64,000 nucleotides of DNA from Patescibacteria group bacterium (GCA_041650515.1 JBAZLA010000001.1:18710-82709), one strand, 5' to 3'. Counted from the stretch's first letter, positions 37,433 through 47,531 are shown. Translations and numbers: made by a program. The notes: a model not told the origin generated them from the sequence alone.

Positions 37433-38393
37433 ATTTTTTCTTCTTGCCCCAATCAGGCAAAATCGTCTTACCAGTGGTTTTGGAAATATAATTAGAAGCA
37501 GCCAGCGCGGCTTTGGCACCATCGCCAGCGGCGATAACAATCTGTTTGTAAGGCGAAGTGGTTACATCACCCGCCGCAAAAATACCCGCTTGATTAGTCT
37601 GACCTCGCTCATCAACAATAATTTGGCCGGCTTCAGTAAGATCAATTAAACCTTTTAGCCAATCGGTTTTGGCAATATGTCCGATCTCCAAAAAAGTTCC
37701 ATCGACGGCCAACTCAAAATCAGCTTTTTGACCGGTTTTATCCTGAATAACAATTTTTTCTAATTTTTTATCACCTTTAAATCCAACTATATCAACGTCC
37801 AAAATCTTCTCTAGATTATCAAAAGTATCTAAACGTTCAACCAAAATAGAGTCGGCGACAAAAACTTCGCGCCGATGGAGTAGATAAACTTTTTTAGCGA
37901 TTTTGGTTAGCTCAATTACCGCCCCAATAGCTGAATTACCGCCCCCGACCACCGCTACTGTCTTACCCTTGTAGAACGGCGCATCACAAGTGGCACAAAA
38001 AGAAATACCCCGGCCCTTAAATTGTTCCTCGCCAGTAACGCCCAAACCACGGGGCGTCAAACCAAAAGCCAAAATAATCGCTACAGTGGTAAACTCTCCC
38101 GTATTGGTTCTGACTTGATAACCACCATCAATCAGCTCAATCTTTGTCACTTGGTCAAAAACAAACTGGCCGCCAAATTTTTCCACCTGCTGACGCATTT
38201 TAGTGATCAACTCTGGTCCAGAAATAAGGTCTAGGCCTGGATAATTCTCAATCTCGTGAGTCATCGCTACTTGGCCACCAAGGTCTTGAGCGATAATTAG
38301 CGTCTTTAGCTCTTTGCGTAAAGTATAAACCGCGGCGGTCAAACCCGCTGGCCCACCGCCAATAATTATCACTTCATATCGAATATTAGACAT
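37431..38393 (-). CDS. trxB: Thioredoxin-disulfide reductase
   Basis: GGGPAG FAD motif, CATCD redox site and GGGNSA NADPH motif. Confidence 0.9.
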   Translation of the reverse strand: MSNIRYEVIIIGGGPAGLTAAVYTLRKELKTLIIAQDLGGQVAMTHEIENYPGLDLISGPELITKMRQQVEKFGGQFVFDQVTKIELIDGGYQVRTNTGEFTTVAIILAFGLTPRGLGVTGEEQFKGRGISFCATCDAPFYKGKTVAVVGGGNSAIGAVIELTKIAKKVYLLHRREVFVADSILVERLDTFDNLEKILDVDIVGFKGDKKLEKIVIQDKTGQKADFELAVDGTFLEIGHIAKTDWLKGLIDLTEAGQIIVDERGQTNQAGIFAAGDVTTSPYKQIVIAAGDGAKAALAASNYISKTTGKTILPDWGKKKK

Positions 38394-38514
38394 ACAAAAA
38401 ATTTAATGTTAGTAATAAGCAGTTTACTACATTTAACCTTTTAATTCAAGAATTCAGCGATTTTTGGGCATCCCAAAGGTTCTCTACGAATATAACGCCT
38501 CAAAGTTCTAAATC

Positions 38515-38745
38515 CATTTGGGGTCTGGGGCGCCCGCCTACCCGCTTCGACTCGAATCGGGGCGAGGACTCGACATCTAGTCGAGGCTGGGATGCGGAGC
38601 GGAGGAATGACAACCACACAAAACCTGCTCTAAGTCATTCATTACACTCAGAATAAACTCCGTCGAAGGGGTCGGGATGACAATAAAAATAAAGTCGGTG
38701 AAATTTACCCTGGATGAGTACAGCGAAGCAAAACTGGTCGTAACA
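38515..38745. repeat. GC-rich structured repeat, copy C
   Basis: gggtctggggcgcccgcctacccgc...ggcgaggactcg...ggaggaatgacaacc...ggggtcgggatgacaat. Confidence 0.65.
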
Positions 38746-38754
38746 ACAATAACA

Positions 38755-38780
38755 AAAAAGCGGCTCAACACCGCTTTTTA
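38755..38780 (-). terminator. Rho-independent terminator after trxA; symmetric, so potentially bidirectional
   Basis: aaaaagcggctcaacaccgcttttt. Confidence 0.65.
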
Positions 38781-38796
38781 AACCTTGAAGCGTTCT

Positions 38797-39123
38797 TTAT
38801 TTAACAATCTTTTCCAACTTCTCCCGGAGAGCTTCTTTAGATTGAACACCAATCATCCGCTCGATTTCCTTACCTTGATTAAAAATAATTAAAGTCGGCA
38901 CTGACATCACGCCATATTTTTCTGCCGTCTGCGGGGCTTGGTCAACATCGAGTTTAGCAATCTTAACCTGCTTATCTGCCAGCTCTTTAGCTAATTCATC
39001 AACAATCGGCCCTAACATCTGACAAGGCCCACACCAAACTGCAAAAAAATCAATTAACACTGGCACGGTCGATTTGAGCACTTCGGCCTCAAAATTATTA
39101 TCAGTTAAATTTATTTCGGACAT
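38797..39123 (-). CDS. trxA: Thioredoxin
   Basis: WCGPC active site. Confidence 0.9.
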   Translation of the reverse strand: MSEINLTDNNFEAEVLKSTVPVLIDFFAVWCGPCQMLGPIVDELAKELADKQVKIAKLDVDQAPQTAEKYGVMSVPTLIIFNQGKEIERMIGVQSKEALREKLEKIVK

Positions 39124-39173
39124 ACTTTTAGCAATTAATAATTAGTAACTAAAAATAGTTTAGCCGCTAACCA

Positions 39174-41174
39174 CTACTTTACCCGCTTCTCAATTCTTTC
39201 CTCGCTGTAAACTTCCAGGATATCGCCAACCATTAGCTCCGTTTTGCCTTCAAGCCTGATACCACAATCTGAGCCGCGCTCAACGTCTTTGACTTCTTCT
39301 TTACCAGCCTGCAGGCCGACAACGCGCAGCCGTTCCAAATCAAGGTCATTGCGCTTGAGCCGGACTTTAGCGCCGTTCTCTATTTTACCATTTTTTACCT
39401 TGCCGCCAATAATCTGATTATTTTTTACTTTCTTAAAAATCGCTAGAACTTCAACCTTGCCCATCTCTATCTCCCGAATCTCCACCTCAATCATCGAGTT
39501 AAGTCGCTCTTTAACTAAGTCTAAAAGTTCATAAATAATTTTGAAAGTTTTAACTTCAATATGTTTTTCTTTAGCAATCTCCACCGCAATCGGCTGAACC
39601 AAAACGTTAAACCCCAACACTAAAGCATCCTGGCCCTCAGCTTGTAAAACATCGGTCTCGGTGATATTACCTAACCCTCGACCAATAACTTTGTAGTTTA
39701 ATCCTTCAGGAAACTCCAGTTTTTCCAAAGACTCAACGATCGCTTCGGCCGAACCCAGGACATCAGTTTTTAAAATAAGTTTTAATACTTTACTTTTTTT
39801 GTCTTCTTCCTCGTCCGACTGGCTAGTCGACACCGCTGCTTTTGGTTCAGCCGGAGCAACCCTCTTGTTTTTTCTAACTTCCAGACTCTTGGTTTCGGTG
39901 ACTATCTCAATAATATCACCAACTTGCGGCGGCAATTTCCAGCCCAAAATCTTGACCGGCATACCCGGCGGCGCTTTGGTGACATCTTTACCTTGCCAAT
40001 CGCGCATCGCCCGCACTTTACCATAAAAAACACCGCCAACACTTAGAACATCATTAACCTGTAAAGTGCCACACTTAACTAACGCTGTACCAACTGCCCC
40101 TTCATTACGATCCAAATGGGCCTCAATCACCACGCCAACAGCTAACCGATCATAATCAGCGGTCATCTTGTCCTTCTCCATATCAGCAACTAAAAGAATA
40201 GTTTCCAAAAGCTGATCAATGTTCTGGCGCTGTTTAGCCGAAATCGGCACGCAGACCACCTGACCGCCCCAATCCTCAGGCAATAAATTTTCCCGCGCTA
40301 AATCTTGCTTAACTTTTTCAATATTGGCTTCGGGCTTATCAATTTTATTGATCGCTACCACAAAAGGTATCTTAACCGCTTGGATAATTCTAATAGCCTC
40401 AATCGTTTGCGGCTTAATCCCATCATCAGCCGCCACCACCAAAATAGCCACATCCGCTACCTTGGCGCCACGCGACCGCATGGAGGTAAAAGCTTCGTGA
40501 CCGGGCGTATCAATGAACGTAATCGCCCGACCATTTTTAGTTGCCTGATAAGCACCAATATGTTGGGTGATACCACCAAACTCTTTATCAACCACATTAG
40601 TTTGTCTAATTGCATCGAGTAATTTAGTCTTGCCGTGATCAACGTGGCCCATTACCACGACGATTGGCGGCCGCGGTCGCAGATTGCTCTGATCACCGGC
40701 CGCTAAAATTTCTTTTAATTTATCGTCATTAGATAAATCAGCTAATTCATCAGGCGCCTCGGTTTTTTCTACTTTGAGGCCCAAATCTTCAGCAATGATG
40801 GCTGCCGTGTCAAAATCAATTCGCTCGTTAAGCGTCGCTAAAATGCCGTTACCCATTAATTCTTTAATCACCTGATTGATTGGCAAACCAATCTTCTCGG
40901 CAAACTCTTTAACGGTTAAAATTGCCGGCAAAACAATCGGCCCACTCTGTTCCATCTGCTGTTTGCGTTCTTCTATTTGTTTTTGCTTGAGCTCAGCTAA
41001 TTTTTTGGCCTCATAGGCGCGATAGAGCCGGGGCCATTCTTTAAGAATTTTTTGGGCCACCCGCGGATCAATCTTAATCGCCCGCTGACCAATATCAAAA
41101 CCAAACTGCGGCAACAGCTCGAATAATTCTTTAGTATTGACTCTTAATTTGCGGGCTAATTCAGTAACATTCAT
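39174..41174 (-). CDS. infB: Translation initiation factor IF-2
   Basis: GHVDHGKT, DTPGH and NKID G-domain motifs plus C-terminal beta-barrels. Confidence 0.95.
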   Translation of the reverse strand: MNVTELARKLRVNTKELFELLPQFGFDIGQRAIKIDPRVAQKILKEWPRLYRAYEAKKLAELKQKQIEERKQQMEQSGPIVLPAILTVKEFAEKIGLPINQVIKELMGNGILATLNERIDFDTAAIIAEDLGLKVEKTEAPDELADLSNDDKLKEILAAGDQSNLRPRPPIVVVMGHVDHGKTKLLDAIRQTNVVDKEFGGITQHIGAYQATKNGRAITFIDTPGHEAFTSMRSRGAKVADVAILVVAADDGIKPQTIEAIRIIQAVKIPFVVAINKIDKPEANIEKVKQDLARENLLPEDWGGQVVCVPISAKQRQNIDQLLETILLVADMEKDKMTADYDRLAVGVVIEAHLDRNEGAVGTALVKCGTLQVNDVLSVGGVFYGKVRAMRDWQGKDVTKAPPGMPVKILGWKLPPQVGDIIEIVTETKSLEVRKNKRVAPAEPKAAVSTSQSDEEEDKKSKVLKLILKTDVLGSAEAIVESLEKLEFPEGLNYKVIGRGLGNITETDVLQAEGQDALVLGFNVLVQPIAVEIAKEKHIEVKTFKIIYELLDLVKERLNSMIEVEIREIEMGKVEVLAIFKKVKNNQIIGGKVKNGKIENGAKVRLKRNDLDLERLRVVGLQAGKEEVKDVERGSDCGIRLEGKTELMVGDILEVYSEERIEKRVK

Positions 41175-41246
41175 TAAGGCTGGATTATTTTAAATTAAGT
41201 ATAAATAAGTTTATCTTGTTTGCAGTGATAAGTCAATTAAGATATT

Positions 41247-41945
41247 ATGAGAACGAATATGTTTATACTTATCAATAAACCCGCCGGTTGGACATCGCAT
41301 GACGTGATTGGCCGGCTGCGCCGGATTACTGGCGAAAAACGCATTGGCCACGCCGGCACGCTTGACCCCTTTGCCACCGGTCTTTTGATTGTGGCCATTA
41401 GTCGCGAATCAACCAAACAAATCGATCAATTTGTAAAACTAAACAAAGAATATCTAGCCACAATTAAACTCGGCGCGACTACTGATACTTATGATAAAAC
41501 TGGAAAGATACAGAAAAGCAAAGAAGCAATAAAACAAGAAAACAAAAATATTAAAAAGGCTTTAGAATCGTTCATTGGCCCCCAGTTGCAGATCCCGCCA
41601 ATGTTTAGCGCCAAAAAAGTAAACGGCAAAAAACTCTACGAATTGGCCCGACGAGGCAAGGAAATTGAGAGAAAACCGAGCCAGATTAATATTACTGATT
41701 TAGAAATTATTGACTATCACTGGCCGGATTTGAAAATTAAAGTTAACTGCTCCTCTGGCACCTATATCCGCAGCTTGGCCCATGATCTGGGAATTAAGCT
41801 GGGTTGCGGCGGGTATTTAGAAGAATTAACTCGAACTAAAATTGGTAATTTTGATTTAAAAAATGCAATTACTCTAGATAAATTAACACCGGAAAACTGG
41901 CAAACGCTAGTTCATAGTACAGAGTACACAGTACCCAGTATCTAA
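41247..41945 (+). CDS. truB: tRNA pseudouridine(55) synthase
   Basis: HAGTLDP catalytic Asp motif. The last roughly 10 codons overlap an AGTACAN heptamer array. Confidence 0.9.
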   Translation: MRTNMFILINKPAGWTSHDVIGRLRRITGEKRIGHAGTLDPFATGLLIVAISRESTKQIDQFVKLNKEYLATIKLGATTDTYDKTGKIQKSKEAIKQENKNIKKALESFIGPQLQIPPMFSAKKVNGKKLYELARRGKEIERKPSQINITDLEIIDYHWPDLKIKVNCSSGTYIRSLAHDLGIKLGCGGYLEELTRTKIGNFDLKNAITLDKLTPENWQTLVHSTEYTVPSI

Positions 41946-42026
41946 ATTCCCTCTTTTTTATTATAATACCCCATTCCTTAAGAAAACTGGGGGTATTAGT
42001 ATCTATGTATTATGTACTCTGTATGG
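41913..42026. repeat. Heptamer-arm hairpin (AGTACAG/AGTACAC units) spanning the truB 3' end
   Basis: catagtacagagtacacagtacccagtatc ... gtattagtatctatgtattatgtactctgtatgg. Confidence 0.6.
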
Positions 42027-42030
42027 AGTT

Positions 42031-42062
42031 TACCCTGAGCAAAGCGAAGGGTACTATTTTTA
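42031..42062 (+). terminator. Rho-independent terminator of truB
   Basis: taccct-gagcaaagcga-agggta followed by ctattttt. Confidence 0.6.
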
Positions 42063-42099
42063 TAAATGAAGAAGGACCTTTCGCGTGGTTAGCTAGGGT

Positions 42100-42235
42100 C
42101 CTTCGTTAATGGCATTTTGGCCGTGAACGCTGGCCCGCCTAGACTCGCGTCTGGCGAGGCTGGGAAGCGTTTCTGGCACTGGACTAAGCTCAGCAAGCGG
42201 GGGCTGAACTCAGACCGAGTAGGTGCCGCTGTGAT
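42100..42235. repeat. GC-rich structured repeat, copy D
   Basis: ggcccgcctagactcgcgtctggcgaggctgg is shared with copies B and C. Confidence 0.6.
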
Positions 42236-43089
42236 CAGGGCACCGACGGCGGAACAATGGAAAAGCCGATGGTCCAGTACGTTCTCTGATAGTACTGTTT
42301 GTCGGGTTCCTGTTCCGTGGTTGGCATGTCCTCGTTGAAACCGCGGAGACGGCGATAGGCCTCGCGGTTGTCCGGATCGGTGTAATGGGCGACGTCAACG
42401 AGTGCGCCGCCCCACAACCGTAGCCTCCAGCCCGTGCTGGGATAAGCCAGGTTGAACCCGATGGTCGGACCGACGAGAAATTTCCACCCCTCGTCGTCCG
42501 GAAGAAACTTGCAGGCGGTCTCCTCGTCGATCACGTCGTGATCGACGCGTTCGAGGATGGCGCGCTCGCTGGCCGTTTGGTAGTGGTACCATCTGGCCAT
42601 GACGCCGAGGAAGGCAATGCGGTGGATCTCGTACCCCGAGCGGGCTTCGAGCAGGATCCGCTCCAAGGGCTCGTTGCCGTAATCGGGCATGTAGTGCCCG
42701 TCCACGGCGAATTCAAACCCATGAGTGGTCACGAAGACTCCCGGATGGAGATCAAACGTGACTGCCATGGCGCCAGCGCCGCCCACCCCGCCGAAGAGGT
42801 GGACATTGAGGATTCCGCTGAACCCGCGATAGACCATTCCCAGGCCACCTTGGGTCAACGGATATGCCCCATCCAGGTCGAAGTACATCGGATCATCCCA
42901 GTTATGAGAGATGACGACCCGACCTTCGAGGGCCAACGCGACGTTGTGCGGCCCATCCTTGGACAGGTAATACATCGCGTCAATGTCCGCGATGATCGGG
43001 CCGGCCTTCTCGCTCTCGGCGTGGGCGATGGTGGCGGTGAACAGGATGGACAACAGGACGATACAGACGATACAAATGATGCGTTTCAT
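42235..43089 (-). CDS. Secreted beta-rich protein, possibly outer-membrane-barrel-like, with a signal peptide; GC-rich, strong SD (AAGGAG)
   Basis: MKRIICIVCIVLLSILFTATIAHA signal peptide. The mature part is Gly/Tyr/Trp/Asp-rich with alternating hydrophobicity. Estimated at about 60% GC against about 40% in the flanks, by eye. Confidence 0.5.
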   Translation of the reverse strand: MKRIICIVCIVLLSILFTATIAHAESEKAGPIIADIDAMYYLSKDGPHNVALALEGRVVISHNWDDPMYFDLDGAYPLTQGGLGMVYRGFSGILNVHLFGGVGGAGAMAVTFDLHPGVFVTTHGFEFAVDGHYMPDYGNEPLERILLEARSGYEIHRIAFLGVMARWYHYQTASERAILERVDHDVIDEETACKFLPDDEGWKFLVGPTIGFNLAYPSTGWRLRLWGGALVDVAHYTDPDNREAYRRLRGFNEDMPTTEQEPDKQYYQRTYWTIGFSIVPPSVP

Positions 43090-43099
43090 GGGTTGCTCC

Positions 43100-43363
43100 T
43101 TATCGCTTTTCGGTGATAGTGTCGTCAGATTCGATCTTTCTTACCCGGACTATGACTAACCGGGTAATAGCCATAACGGCCAGGCTGATGCCCAACCAGA
43201 TTGCCGCGTCGGCCCGCTGCCCGCTGATAAAAATCAGTCGCAGCAGGTGCTGGAACGCGCACGGGAACATCAGAACGAATATGACCCAACAAATTTGGGC
43301 AGTGATTCTCAAAAACATGACTTGCCTCCGTTGATTCGTGTGATTCGTGTTATCTTTGAACAA
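43100..43363 (-). CDS. Small (87-aa) two-TM membrane protein, co-oriented with the secreted-protein gene; GGAGG SD
   Basis: ORF with an SD 6 nt upstream, in a GC-rich context. Confidence 0.4.
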   Translation of the reverse strand: MFKDNTNHTNQRRQVMFLRITAQICWVIFVLMFPCAFQHLLRLIFISGQRADAAIWLGISLAVMAITRLVIVRVRKIESDDTITEKR

Positions 43364-43573
43364 ACCTGACGGTTTGTCCGTTTTTTCCGCTATATGTAAG
43401 CAGATTCAAAATCTGCCTATTGGAAGGTACAATCACCCTCGCTTTAGCCTGAAATGGCTAATTTGAGTGTGACAATATATAATAGCATAGTTTGAGATAA
43501 AAGTCAATGAAAACCACCAAAAAACAGCTTAATTTAGCTATTTTTTGGGTTTTGACAGCCTAAAATAGCAACG

Positions 43574-43687
43574 GTGCGGGCCCAATCCCGGACACCCCCT
43601 CCTAACCTCCCCCTTTGCAGGGGGAGGGCCGGTCTCCTCCCCTGCTAAGGGGAGGAACAAGGTGGGGTGTCCGGGATTGGGCCTGCA
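43574..43687. repeat. Palindromic multi-hairpin GC element (25-nt outer inverted repeat enclosing cctcccccTTTGCAgggggagg and ctcctccccTGCTAAggggaggaa hairpins)
   Basis: Outer arms gtgcgggcccaatcccggacacccc / ggggtgtccgggattgggcctgcac. Related to the element at 56758-56878. Confidence 0.75.
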
Positions 43688-43702
43688 CCGACGTTAGCAT
43701 TT

Positions 43703-43726
43703 CAAAAAACGGTCCTTTCGGGCCGT
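43703..43726 (-). terminator. Rho-independent terminator of purH; A-run/hairpin/T-run, possibly bidirectional
   Basis: aaaaaacggtcctttcgggccgt. Confidence 0.55.
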
Positions 43727-43757
43727 CTACTGTGTACTGGGTACTCGGTACTATGGA
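43727..43757. repeat. Tandem heptamer array (GTACTGN)x4 between the purH stop and its terminator
   Basis: ctactgtgtactgggtactcggtactatggac. Confidence 0.7.
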
Positions 43758-43762
43758 CTAAA

Positions 43763-45331
43763 TTAATGTTTAAACGCCCTAATCCCAGTGAAAACCATCA
43801 CCAAACCCTGTTCATCCGCCGCTTTGATTACTGTTTCGTCATTAATCGACCCACCCTGTTGGGCGATAACCGCCACACCGGCTTTAGCAATCAATTCGAT
43901 ACTATCAGGAAATGGAAAAAAACTATCTGAACAAAGCACGCTGCCTTTAACCTTATCACCAGCTTTTTTAATCGCAATCTCCACCGAATCAACTCGCGAC
44001 ACCTGACCGCAACCCACGCCGAGCGTGGTTTTATTTTGGGAGATTAAAATAGCGTTAGAATTCATATTCTTCATCACTTGCCAGTTAAATAATATTTCCT
44101 CAATCTGGGCTTTAGTCGGTTGATTTTCAGTTACTACCTTCAAGTCCTCTTTTTTCAAATGATAAGTGTCATAATCTTGAATCAACATCCCACCCTCTAC
44201 TTGCCGCAGGTTTAAACCGATCTTTTCTGATTTAATTTCTCCCAGCTCAAGAATTCTAATATTCTTTTTTTGCTGCAAAATTTCTAGCGCCCCAGCTTCG
44301 TAGCTTGGCGCCATCACTATTTCGGCAAACACTTTATTGATCGCTTCAGCGATTTTTTTGGTTAGTGGCCGGTTGAGCGCGATTACCCCGCCAAAAGCCG
44401 ACTTACTATCCGCGTCATAAGCTTGCTGAAAAGCAATATCAATATTTTGGTGGACTGATACGCCGCAGGGGTTACCATGTTTAACCACCACCGCCACTGG
44501 CTCAATAAATTCTTTAACAATATTTAGAGTGCGATCGGCATCAACAATATTATTAAACGACAATTCTTTGCCGTGCAAAATTTTAGCGTTAATCACATTA
44601 CAGCCACTATTATCAATCTCTTTATACGCCGCGGCGGCTTGATGCGGGTTTTCACCATAACGACAGTCATAAAACTTTTGATAATTTAAATTGAGTTGAG
44701 CGGGAAATTTGCTATCGGTCACCGGCCACCGGCCACCGGCTGATAGATAATTATAAATTGTTGAATCATAAAGCGCCGTATGAGCAAAAGCGCGTTGCAT
44801 CAATTGCTCACGCAGTTCATAGCTCAAGCCGCCTTTAGTTTTGAGCTCGGCCAACACTTCCGCGTAGTCCGCCGGATCAACCACCACGCCAACCCAGCCA
44901 CAATTCTTGGCCGCGGCGCGCACCATGGTCGGTCCGCCAATATCAATATTTTCAATCACTTCATCCAAACTAACGCCGGACTTCTTAATCACTTGCGAAA
45001 ATGGATAGAGATTAACCACCACTAGATCAATAAATTCGATCCCCTGACTTTTGGCCACGACTTGGTGCTCTTTATTGTCGCGCAAGGCTAAAATGCCACC
45101 GTGAATCTTGGGGTGCAAGGTTTTGACCCGACCGTCCATCATCTCGGGAAAACCAGTGTAGTCGCTGACTTCTTTAACCTTGATTTTAGCTTCTTTTAAT
45201 TTTTTAAATGTCCCGCCGGACGACAAAATCTCCACGCCCATCTTATCTAGCTCTTGAGCGAACTCGACTATGCCGGTCTTATCAAAAACTGAGATAAGAG
45301 CGCGTTTGATTTGAACTAGTGATTGATTCAT
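43763..45331 (-). CDS. purH: Bifunctional AICAR transformylase / IMP cyclohydrolase
   Basis: MGS-like and AICARFT domains. Contains an in-frame (CACCGGC)x3 array at 44710-44730, encoding GGRWPVT. Confidence 0.95.
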   Translation of the reverse strand: MNQSLVQIKRALISVFDKTGIVEFAQELDKMGVEILSSGGTFKKLKEAKIKVKEVSDYTGFPEMMDGRVKTLHPKIHGGILALRDNKEHQVVAKSQGIEFIDLVVVNLYPFSQVIKKSGVSLDEVIENIDIGGPTMVRAAAKNCGWVGVVVDPADYAEVLAELKTKGGLSYELREQLMQRAFAHTALYDSTIYNYLSAGGRWPVTDSKFPAQLNLNYQKFYDCRYGENPHQAAAAYKEIDNSGCNVINAKILHGKELSFNNIVDADRTLNIVKEFIEPVAVVVKHGNPCGVSVHQNIDIAFQQAYDADSKSAFGGVIALNRPLTKKIAEAINKVFAEIVMAPSYEAGALEILQQKKNIRILELGEIKSEKIGLNLRQVEGGMLIQDYDTYHLKKEDLKVVTENQPTKAQIEEILFNWQVMKNMNSNAILISQNKTTLGVGCGQVSRVDSVEIAIKKAGDKVKGSVLCSDSFFPFPDSIELIAKAGVAVIAQQGGSINDETVIKAADEQGLVMVFTGIRAFKH

Positions 45332-45376
45332 AGATATTACTGTTCGCTAACTGCGATTTGTTTAAATTACTATTTA

Positions 45377-45892
45377 TTAATATCGTTTTTTATACTCACT
45401 CAAATGAAACAACAAAGATGAAGTAAAATTATTGTTTAATTTTGCTTCCAACTTCAGTTTATCAGTATCAACAAAAAAACATCTCGCCACTTCGTTCGGA
45501 TCAGGTCTAAATGGACCAGAGTCGACTATTCTAAAAACAGTGTGTAGCTCATGTTCTTGATCATTCTTATACTGTACTTTATACAACTCTTCAAATCTAA
45601 CATCTTTAAAAGGCTTTTTACTACTATATAACTCTTCCCAATACTCTCGTTGTGCCCCCACTAAATAAGTTTCCCCTGCTGCCACATGGCCACCGGGGAA
45701 ACAAAATTTACCTGGATTGGATCCCTTAGTAGCGCTACGTTTAGTAACTAGAATCTTCTTGAGAGAATCATCTTCAAAAACTAAAAGAGCGCTTCCTCGA
45801 TGGAGCAGATAATCAGCATGACATTTAGACCTTAACGCCTGACCAGTTACCTGGTCGTTCTGGTTGACAACATCAACTAATTCGTCGGACAT
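45377..45892 (-). CDS. NUDIX hydrolase
   Basis: Nudix box GGHVAAGETYLVGAQREYWEELY. Confidence 0.8.
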   Translation of the reverse strand: MSDELVDVVNQNDQVTGQALRSKCHADYLLHRGSALLVFEDDSLKKILVTKRSATKGSNPGKFCFPGGHVAAGETYLVGAQREYWEELYSSKKPFKDVRFEELYKVQYKNDQEHELHTVFRIVDSGPFRPDPNEVARCFFVDTDKLKLEAKLNNNFTSSLLFHLSEYKKRY

Positions 45893-45897
45893 AATTA

Positions 45898-46851
45898 TTA
45901 TTTAACGCAATCTTTTAGAATTTTAAACACCTTCTTACTAGCATCCATTTCTGCTTCGACGCCTATCGGCAATATAGTACTCGGACATTTGTGCCCAAAC
46001 TCATAAATCTTTAATATCGGAAAATTATAATCTTTAGTTATATCCAATAAAATATTCTCAAAAAGTATTCTACCACCATCGGGACGAAACTCCTTTTGTT
46101 GGTGATCGAGATGATAATAATCACCAACGATAATCCCATTAATTTTATCAAAAATTCCCGCTTGCTTGTACTGAGTCAATAGCCAGATTGATTTTTTGAT
46201 ATTTATATCATACTCCTCCATTAATAAAATAGAATCTCTAACATCAGGAAAATATTTGGTGCCAAGAAGTTTTAAAAAACAAATAATATTACCGCCCAAC
46301 ATTTTTCCCGTCGCTTTGCCCTGGCGGACAGTTTGCCATTTGGATATTTGACCAACATTTAAATCACCATCAATCAATCTTTTTTTAAACTCGTCTTGAG
46401 AAAATTTAGAATCAAAATATTCATTTTTATTACCCACCTTAGCATCGGGACCGTGCATCGTGACTAGCCCCGTCATTTTATAAATCGCGTTAAGAAAAAC
46501 CGTGTTGTCGCTCAACCCGATAAATATTTTAGGATTGTTTTTTATCATTGTAAAATCTAAATAATCCAGAACTTGATTAGCCGTATTACCGCCCGTGGCA
46601 CACCAAATAGCCTGGACCCTATGATCAGCAAAAAATTTATTAATATCATCCGCCTTTTCTTGTGGAGTACCAGCGGAAATACCATATTTATCAATCTTTC
46701 TGGCATTTTTGCCCCAAACAGCATTCAACCCAAAATCTTGCTTAAGTATATTAATGGCATTATCAACCAATTTTTCTTTACCTTTATTTAAAAAACTAGA
46801 AGGACAAACCAAACCTATAGTATCACCTCTTTTTAATCTTTTCGCTAACAT
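45898..46851 (-). CDS. LD-carboxypeptidase (peptidase S66, LdcA-like)
   Basis: GDTIGLVCPSS ... AIWCATGGNTAN motifs. The start is taken at the internal Met MLAKRLKRGD. Confidence 0.75.
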   Translation of the reverse strand: MLAKRLKRGDTIGLVCPSSFLNKGKEKLVDNAINILKQDFGLNAVWGKNARKIDKYGISAGTPQEKADDINKFFADHRVQAIWCATGGNTANQVLDYLDFTMIKNNPKIFIGLSDNTVFLNAIYKMTGLVTMHGPDAKVGNKNEYFDSKFSQDEFKKRLIDGDLNVGQISKWQTVRQGKATGKMLGGNIICFLKLLGTKYFPDVRDSILLMEEYDINIKKSIWLLTQYKQAGIFDKINGIIVGDYYHLDHQQKEFRPDGGRILFENILLDITKDYNFPILKIYEFGHKCPSTILPIGVEAEMDASKKVFKILKDCVK

Positions 46852-46856
46852 AAATA

Positions 46857-47531
46857 TTATTTTAATCCGTCTATCCACTGATCAAATCTTCCACCGACTT
46901 CTTCCAGATGTCCGTTAAAATCATGATCACCGCCTTTTATAATATGCATTTCTTTCGGCCCGGACAGTTTATTAAATAACATCTGCTGGTGCGCTGGCGA
47001 AACAATCTTATCACTATCGCCAACTAGCATCAAAACAGGCATAGTGAGCTGGTCGGCCTTGGGCAATAAATCATATTTTAGCCGATCAACCGCATGCGAC
47101 CAGGGCAGTTTTCTAACTTGGCCAGGGACGGTCGTGCTTTCCCTAATCTGCCAGCCGCTCTCTTCCCAGTCTTTAAGTTGCTCCGGCGTGTACATTTCCA
47201 GGCTTAGTTTACCAGAAACCATGCTAGATATTAGGGCCAAGACTCTGACTTTGGTTGGATTATTCTCGGCATAAAAGCCAACACACAGACCACCCATGCT
47301 GCTGCCGGCTAAACAAAAAGGCTCTTGATACCACGATTGGGTCTTAGCCCAATTTATTACATCTTCCAAATCTTCATAGTAATTAGTCACCGTGGCGTCT
47401 TCATAATTGCCATCGCTTTCACCACAGGAATTGGTAGAATCAAAGCGCACTACGGTGTAACCGTTATTTCGGGATGCTTTTGCAAAAGTAGCCACCATCG
47501 GTCGTTCTTTAAATCCGCCCAAACCGTGCAT
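46857..47531 (-). CDS. Alpha/beta hydrolase (GSSMGG nucleophile elbow). The 5' end is probably frameshifted, with an N-terminal roughly 30 aa in another frame at about 47535-47619
   Basis: An upstream frame encodes MEKMNIQNRHGQKVVVLVEEAQDQKGLALL, which would join to MHGLGGFKE after a 1-nt shift in a T3 run. Confidence 0.65.
   Translation of the reverse strand: MHGLGGFKERPMVATFAKASRNNGYTVVRFDSTNSCGESDGNYEDATVTNYYEDLEDVINWAKTQSWYQEPFCLAGSSMGGLCVGFYAENNPTKVRVLALISSMVSGKLSLEMYTPEQLKDWEESGWQIRESTTVPGQVRKLPWSHAVDRLKYDLLPKADQLTMPVLMLVGDSDKIVSPAHQQMLFNKLSGPKEMHIIKGGDHDFNGHLEEVGGRFDQWIDGLK

Noticed and set aside
38577-38771. 64-aa ORF between trxB and trxA
   Set aside because: Lies within repeat copy C and the trxA terminator.
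42538-43116. 192-aa plus-strand ORF (and 42117..42338, 42395..42722) in the GC-rich island
   Set aside because: Antisense to the 284-aa gene, which has an SD and a signal peptide. High GC generates long spurious antisense frames. The product is Asp/Gly/His-rich with no features.
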